64,000 nucleotides of DNA from Anthoceros angustus. Taxonomy: Eukaryota; Plantae; Anthocerotophyta. Both the position numbers and the translations under genes were made by a program. The stretch covers positions 1,054,001 to 1,118,000 of the forward strand of contig MU008173.1 of the NCBI GenBank assembly GCA_010909165.1. Direction: 5' to 3'. Shown piece after piece: positions 60,500-64,000 of the stretch (its first letter is position 1; each line of letters begins with the position of its first letter). The notes beneath the pieces were generated by a model. The model searched no databases. It was not told the DNA's origin and saw only the letters and a program-made list of their open reading frames with translations.

Positions 60500-62640
60500 C
60501 GGCGCGATACCGATATTCGACTATACATGTTGCGACTGATGGGGAGAGGCTGGAGGCCTCCATCCAGGATGAAGATTATTTTGCGAATATCGGAGTTCCG
60601 CTAAGAAAGTGGTTCTGGAAACAGTTCTTCTGAAGCTAGAGAATTTAAGGCCTGCATCCTTTCTTACTCCAGATGCATGATTCGGATTGTGGACGAGGCA
60701 TGGACCAACTACCTGGCTCGAGTTATTTGAAAGGTCGGGTTGAGGAAGGTGTCTTGCCTCTCTGCATGATTGACCCAGATGCGCGACATTCAATCTATAA
60801 TTTGGAATAAGTTTAGAGCCAAGAAGTATGTGATGGGAGTGCTCGGGGCAATCACACCTATGCAGCGATGAAGCATCGCGGACATATCTCCATCAAGGTG
60901 ATTCCAATGGATGGAAGCCCATGTCTATTGTGGGCTCACTTTACGAGATGAGGGTTCGCCACGACCACAACACCATGTCGACAAGCGGAGGAAGATGACT
61001 TTCATTGAGCAAGTAATTGCGAGATGAGTTGCGATAGCAAAGAGAGATGGAGTCAATATGACCATGAACTGGAAGTTCAACCTATATAAGGTCTAGGCTT
61101 GATAGATGATGATGAGGCCGAGAGAGGATGAGCGACAAGCAAAACAAAATTAACAATCGCACATATCCTTTGCATCGCCAAAAGAGGGAGAGTGTGGGAA
61201 AATGTCGATAAGATCTTCACGAAGTGGGAGGCCATGGAATTGCGAACAAGCCAAACATGTTGCATAGGAACAAGCAAAAAGCAAGGGGAAGCGGAGGCTG
61301 CGGATGAGGCGAAGTCGGTGGACCAAAGTTTTGTGAAGCCAAAAGACATGCAAGGAAGCCTTGGCGAAGTTTTCGGTATTCCACCGGGTGAGGCGGCCAA
61401 AAGATGTTGATCGTGTCCGAGAAGGTCTGACAGTCTCATAGACCTCAATGGTATGGCCAAGGAGATCACTCTTGGAAGAAACTACATGTGATCCAAGTGG
61501 CTATGGCGAAGCATCTAGGCTGCAATTCATTCGAGATGGTGAGGAAGGAGTACCGGTGCACTCAACGGATGAAGTCATTGCCGATTTGCAGCTCAAGGGA
61601 AGGTGAGTTTCTGTTCTTACCAAGATAGAACTATTGGAGGGCGCATGCCGCCCTCCCTATTGTCCCCTAATCGACTTTCGGCAACCTCACTTGTTTTGTG
61701 TTATTTTGCAGCAAGTTAAAGATGTTGAAGACCTGAAAAAGCTACCAGAAGATTTCCAGGCTTTTATATTAGAGGTCCACACATGGAAAGGGCTGGAGGA
61801 TGAGCAGAGGGCACTTGCGGACATGGACATGGAGGAAGGGCTGCAATCTTTTACTGTGCCCAAAACAGAGGAGTTAGTGAAGTATCAAGTGGTGCGCAGA
61901 GATGTGGCAGAAATGAGAGGGTTTCTTTGGAGTCGGAAGTATACAACGCTGGTGATGGATGTCCCCAGGGGATTCAACAAGGGGAAGTATGATGTCAAAC
62001 TTGAGCAAAGCAAATGGCAAACATATTTCATTCCTTCCATGACATGACAATGCGACGAGATCGAATGATAGTAATGCATGGTGTGGAAGAGCGCATATTG
62101 TCGTGGAGAGTATGAGGAAGTGGTGTGCGGTGGAGGCATGGTCTCATTTGTTTGGGACAAAACTAATATGCACAATGACCAAGGAGGCTTTGACACATGG
62201 AGTACATCAACGTGGGGTGGGGTGTGACCGCACGAGCAAGAAGACAAAGGTGTCCATGTCAATACCTTGCAGGCTCTTTCAATAATGGGCGGCGGTTATT
62301 GCACACGACGTGGTGAAGAAGTTATTATACATGTCGGACAAGCTGGTTGTTTCCGTATCGAGGCCACGGGTCTAATGATGAAGTTGATCAAGAACTTCTC
62401 CAGAAGGAGATTGGATATTAGATGCATGTGCGGTGGAACAACGACATTAGCGGCACTCCTTTGTGGCGAAATTGCATTCTTGTGGAGGTTGACAAAGCGC
62501 GTGAGTTCATTCCAAAGGATTCATGGCTATGAAGTTTTACCGGACGCAGAGGAGGAGTTGACCCATGAGCCACACCGCCGAGGCCCCACCCAGTCGGGCA
62601 AAAGAATTGAGCTTGTCCGAGAAGGATGCATCCCGAGCCC
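60500..62640 (+). pseudogene. ParB/Srx-like domain fused to a beta-class N4C/N6A DNA methyltransferase; frameshifted in this assembly; one intron at 61603-61711
   Basis: GNHTYAAMK (60847-60873), MEAHVYCGLT (60911), DHNTMS, KMTFIEQV; motif IV-like TLVMDVPRG (61946-61972); FVWDKTN (62147); EYINVGW; LMMKLIKNFS (62372); GDWILDACA-G-GTTTLAALLCG-NCILVEVDK (62406-62496). Start codon and functional status unknown. Confidence 0.75.
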
Positions 62641-63295
62641 GTAGTCCCACTTGGGTTGAGCGGGATGAAAGATCTTATAGATGATCGCCAAGAAACCCTG
62701 CATTGTGGCATCCGACTATTTGGAGAAGAGCAAGGAGGATGCGGTCGATATCGCCGGAAATGCTATGGTCGAAAACGACAATTTCGAGGATCCCGAGGAT
62801 GCTCGACTCCGAAGGACGGAAGTTGTGTTAGATAGCGTGTCGGGACAATGCCCTCCGAAGCCACAGTCTCAAGCCGAGAATCCCCCTCAGTAGGGAAGTG
62901 AGTCTAGTTTAGTTTTGAAAGTACCATAACCTGCATGGTTAGAACTAAGGCAGGCCGCATGCCTGCTCTCCTTCTTTAACTATGAGTGACATTGTTATTC
63001 GTTTTGTCAAGGATGACTTCTGACTGCAAATATCCGTAGAGCTCGTTTCACACCTATAAGACATTCGTGCAATCACGAGAGGTCCGAATGCACCAACATA
63101 CCCACATTCGTGTGAAAGCACCACAAAACGGGATGCAAACCAAGCACTAAACTTGCGACTCTGGATGGGGAACCCGAATTTGGTCCCGGGTTTTCGAAAG
63201 CGGGTTCGTATATTCCGCCGGTTCAAATATTATGGTGTTTTGTGTGGTTCAAATATTATGGTGTTTTGTGTACATAGCACTATGGAGTCCACCAT

Positions 63296-63508
63296 CTCCT
63301 CCGTTCTAAAAATATTCATTCCAATGTGGGATAGCCAGGCTTCAGCAAATATCCTCTTAGTGGGGGCAACTCCTATTTAGAGAAAGCTGCTACCACCTCG
63401 GTTCCTGCACACGCCACATCTCATTCATGCTAGACAAAGGAAGATACCTTCCGCTACCATCCAGGGACTGCTGTGCACTGATCAAGTCTCCAGAGCACCA
63501 CCTACAAG
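63296..63508 (+). repeat. About 200-bp dispersed repeat, copy 2, ending about 90 bp upstream of the P450 start
   Basis: Homologous to 15810-16012. Confidence 0.8.
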
Positions 63509-63597
63509 CTTAAGGAACTGCACAATTGTTGGTCGTGTGGCATACCACGTAACGCTCTTGTGTGGGTGGTGTCTGAAAGAAACATCTCGCCCGCAGA

Positions 63598-63860
63598 ATG
63601 GATCGGAACTGCGTTCAACTTGGCATCCCCGGAGCGGATGTGTGGGTGGCACTAGCATTGGGCATACCCCTGCTTCTCTTGGCCATTATTTTCTTCCACT
63701 CTCGATCGCTGCAGCTGCAGGTGAGCGGAAAATCCAGGAAAGGGGTACCGTTGTCGGCCCCTGCACGAGGCAGATTTTGGCAGCTGCCTGTGCTTGGGGA
63801 GACTTTACAATTGCTGCTGGCCACCTCTCCCGACAGCTTTATGCTGCCTCGCATCAAGCA
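63598..63860 (+). CDS. Cytochrome P450, probably CYP85 clan, exon 1 (gene runs off the window)
   Basis: Hydrophobic anchor (VWVALALGIPLLLLAIIFF), then G.FWQLPVLGETLQLL..SPDSFMLPRIKQ, followed by a phase-2 donor CA|gtgaga, as in the first exon of CYP85-clan genes. Confidence 0.75.
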
Positions 63861-64000
63861 GTGAGAGTCACCACACTAAGCTCCACAGTAGCCTCATTTC
63901 AGAACATGGAGTTGCAAGCTTGCCTGCACAACCTTGTGCTCGGGACGCGGAACATCGCTCCAGCGGCAGAACATTGTTATGCTGGGCCCATGAGGTTTTG

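Noticed and set aside
59588-60633. Several 150-280-aa ORFs on both strands
   Set aside because: They arise from the GC-rich GCATGC repeat array, which lacks stops in most frames. A true N-terminal exon of the ParB-MTase here cannot be excluded, but none is supportable.
60500-62640. Bacterial contamination as the source of the MTase
   Set aside because: It has a GT..AG intron with a pyrimidine tract, sits between plant TEs and a plant P450, and shares a 32-bp motif with the neighbouring transposon region.

Overview
Eukaryotic, transposon-rich nuclear DNA from a green plant, most plausibly a non-seed streptophyte (inferred from plant-type Hyccin, RH42, eIF6 and CYP85-clan genes plus the TE families present). 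Host genes: a clean 7-exon Hyccin/FAM126 gene (minus, 7365-9258) head-to-head with an intronless Prp5/DDX46-type DEAD-box helicase (RH42-like, 9868-14631); an eIF6 gene split inside a coding exon by a young Ty1/copia element (CCCTG TSD, 172-bp LTRs); and the first exon of a CYP85-clan P450 at the right end. The rest is nested mobile DNA: the 3' half of a Ty3/gypsy element with a PHD-finger integrase and an extra 291-aa ORF; three fragments of a CRE-like (RLE) non-LTR retrotransposon; a solo LTR; two inverted gag-only Athila/Tat-like LTR elements; and two different Sola-like DDE transposase genes, one nested in the other. The most interesting item is an intron-containing gene at about 60.5-62.6 kb that joins a ParB/Srx-like domain to a bacterial-type beta-class amino (N4C/N6A) DNA methyltransferase, and shares flanking motifs with the Sola-like transposon. 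Major caveat: many repeat regions occur as adjacent, indel-riddled near-duplicates that look like unpolished long-read assembly stutter. Frameshifts and copy numbers there cannot be taken as biological, and most TE proteins were reconstructed by eye across frames.
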